Below are positions 62,505-64,000 of a stretch of 64,000 bases of DNA, piece after piece. The translations under genes and the position numbers were made by a program. This stretch comes from the human T2T-CHM13v2.0 reference genome, Homo sapiens. Each line of letters opens with the position of its first letter. Position 1 is the stretch's first letter. Location of the stretch: assembly GCF_009914755.1 (NCBI RefSeq), contig NC_060930.1. The stretch is one strand, 5' to 3'. The notes beneath the pieces were generated by a model. That model had not been told where the DNA came from, did no database searches, and saw nothing but the letters and a program-made list of their open reading frames with translations.

Positions 62505-64000
62505 AAGTTCTGCTTCCAGAAAGACGGGGTGGACTTACTGTTTCCTACTCCTTCAAGCACAACAAAAACCCTGGATGTTACCTATAAAACAAGATGCTGA
62601 ATGAGGGAGAAAAGAAAGACCAGCCAGGGAACCCAGGACCCAAAGGACAGCAGGGTGGCAAGTTCCTGGGCTTTCTTTTTGCCTCACACATCTCAGACTT
62701 GGAAGTGCAGAAGCCACAACCCAGAAACACCAACGGGCACAAATAGAAGCAGCCCCACAAACGCTGACTCTCTGCAGCCAAGGCCCTGGAGGGGCCGCCC
62801 AGAAGCAGCCCCGGCAAACGCTGGCTCTCTGAAGCCAAGGCCCTGGACGGGCCGCCCAGAAGCAGCCCCACAGATGCTGGCTCTCTGCAACCAAGGCCCT
62901 GGAGGGGCCGCCCAGTGAGACAGAACTCTTCGAGATGGTGACCACTGCATTCCTGCCAACACCACAGAAAGAAAACGTGGTCCCACCCCCACACCATGCC
63001 AGGGAAGGTCAGGTCAGGGCCTCGGAGTCCACCCTCATGAGGCTCTGCCAACAAGCCTTGTCCAGCCCCACTGGAGTGGTGGTGGAAGAGGCCGAAACAC
63101 ACCTCCCCGCTGTGATGCAGGGACCATGCAGGAAGCCTGAGCTTTCACAGTCAGCACTGTCTTTCCTCTGTCAACAGGACCACATAGGAAACCTGGACTT
63201 CCAGCCCCATCCCACCCCTGCCAGAGCCGCTCCAGAAAAAGCACCCTCACGATGCAACACAAAAAGGTCTATATTTCATTCAAAAACCACTCATTGTACC
63301 AAGAACCAGGAAGATCCCAAACTGAATGGAAAAATAAATAATCACTACCTGCCAGCACTGACAGGGATATTAGAAACAATAGAAAGATCTTAAAGCAGCT
63401 ATCACGAAAATACCTCAACAAGAAATTATAAACACACCTGAAACAAATGAAAAAAATAGGAAGCCACAACAAAGAAATAGCAAGTCTCAGCAGAGAAATA
63501 GAAGATGTAAATAAGAACCAAAGGGAAATCATAGAACTGAAAATAATACATCCAAAATAAAAAGCTTAGCGGATGACTTCAACAGTATAATGCAGGGGAC
63601 AGAGGAAATAATTGGTGAACTGGAAGACAGAATGAGAAAAATTACTCAATCTGAACAACAGAAAGAAAACAGACTGCTTAAAAAATTAACAGAGACTTGG
63701 GGTCTTCTATAGGACTATAACAAAGATCTAACATTCATGTCACTAGAGTGATGAAAAGAGGAGAAAGGATGGAGCAGAAAATGTGATCAAAGAAATAATA
63801 GCTGAAAACATCTCCAATTCTGCAAGAGATGTAAACCTACAGGTTCAAGAAGCTGAACAAACCCTAAAAAGGGTAAGCCAAAAGAAATCCACATCAAGAC
63901 ACATCATAATTATACATCTGACAACTAAAGGCAAAGAAAAAAAGCCTGAAAACAGCCAGAGAAAAATATTTTACCTTTGGGGGAAAAGTTGCAATAACAG
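62505..64000 (+). mobile_element. Old L1 (L1MC/L1MD/L1M-class) 5' UTR plus decayed ORF1, running off the window end
   Basis: 5'-end-like AGTTCCTGGGCTTTCTTTTTGCCTCA..CAGACTTGGA; ORF1-like A-rich GTGAACTGGAAGACAGAA..ACTCAATCTGAACAACAG, AAAGAAATAATAGCTGAAAAC and CAGGTTCAAGAAGCTGAACAAACCC; multiple stop codons. Confidence 0.88.
62745..62914. repeat. Three-copy 56/57-bp tandem repeat inside the L1 5' UTR
   Basis: AGAAGCAGCCCC..GCTG.CTCTCTG..CCAAGGCCCTGGA.GGGCCGCCC at 62745, 62801 and 62858. Confidence 0.92.

Overview
Human or closely related primate genomic DNA, judged by AluS/AluY, L1, MaLR/ERV1 LTRs, Tigger3b and MER58. It is GC-rich and extremely rich in minisatellites, as expected for a subtelomeric gene-poor band. 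I find no credible protein-coding exon, RNA gene or CRISPR array. The ORFs of about 280 aa and longer are read-throughs of tandem repeats. About 16 tandem or low-complexity arrays cover roughly 17 kb (about a quarter of the window, my rough sum). They are interleaved with two CpG-island-like regions, old and young transposons, and several short AT-rich islands dense in homeodomain/SOX/TCF/FOX-type motifs that look like developmental enhancers. The most notable pattern is that at least three minisatellites were born from internal segments of transposable elements and sit at different expansion stages: 3 copies in an L1 5' end, 10 copies in Tigger3b and about 13 copies in an L1ME 3' end. In addition, a MER57 LTR landed in a TGG/TGA seed that expanded on one side only, several VNTR units carry ready-made transcription-factor motifs, and there is a near-pristine AluY (Yc1-like). 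I cannot assign the chromosomal locus and cannot demonstrate a new biological system; the regulatory ideas are hypotheses. Coordinates were read by eye and may be off by a few bases. TE subfamily calls come from recalled consensus sequences, not from an alignment run.
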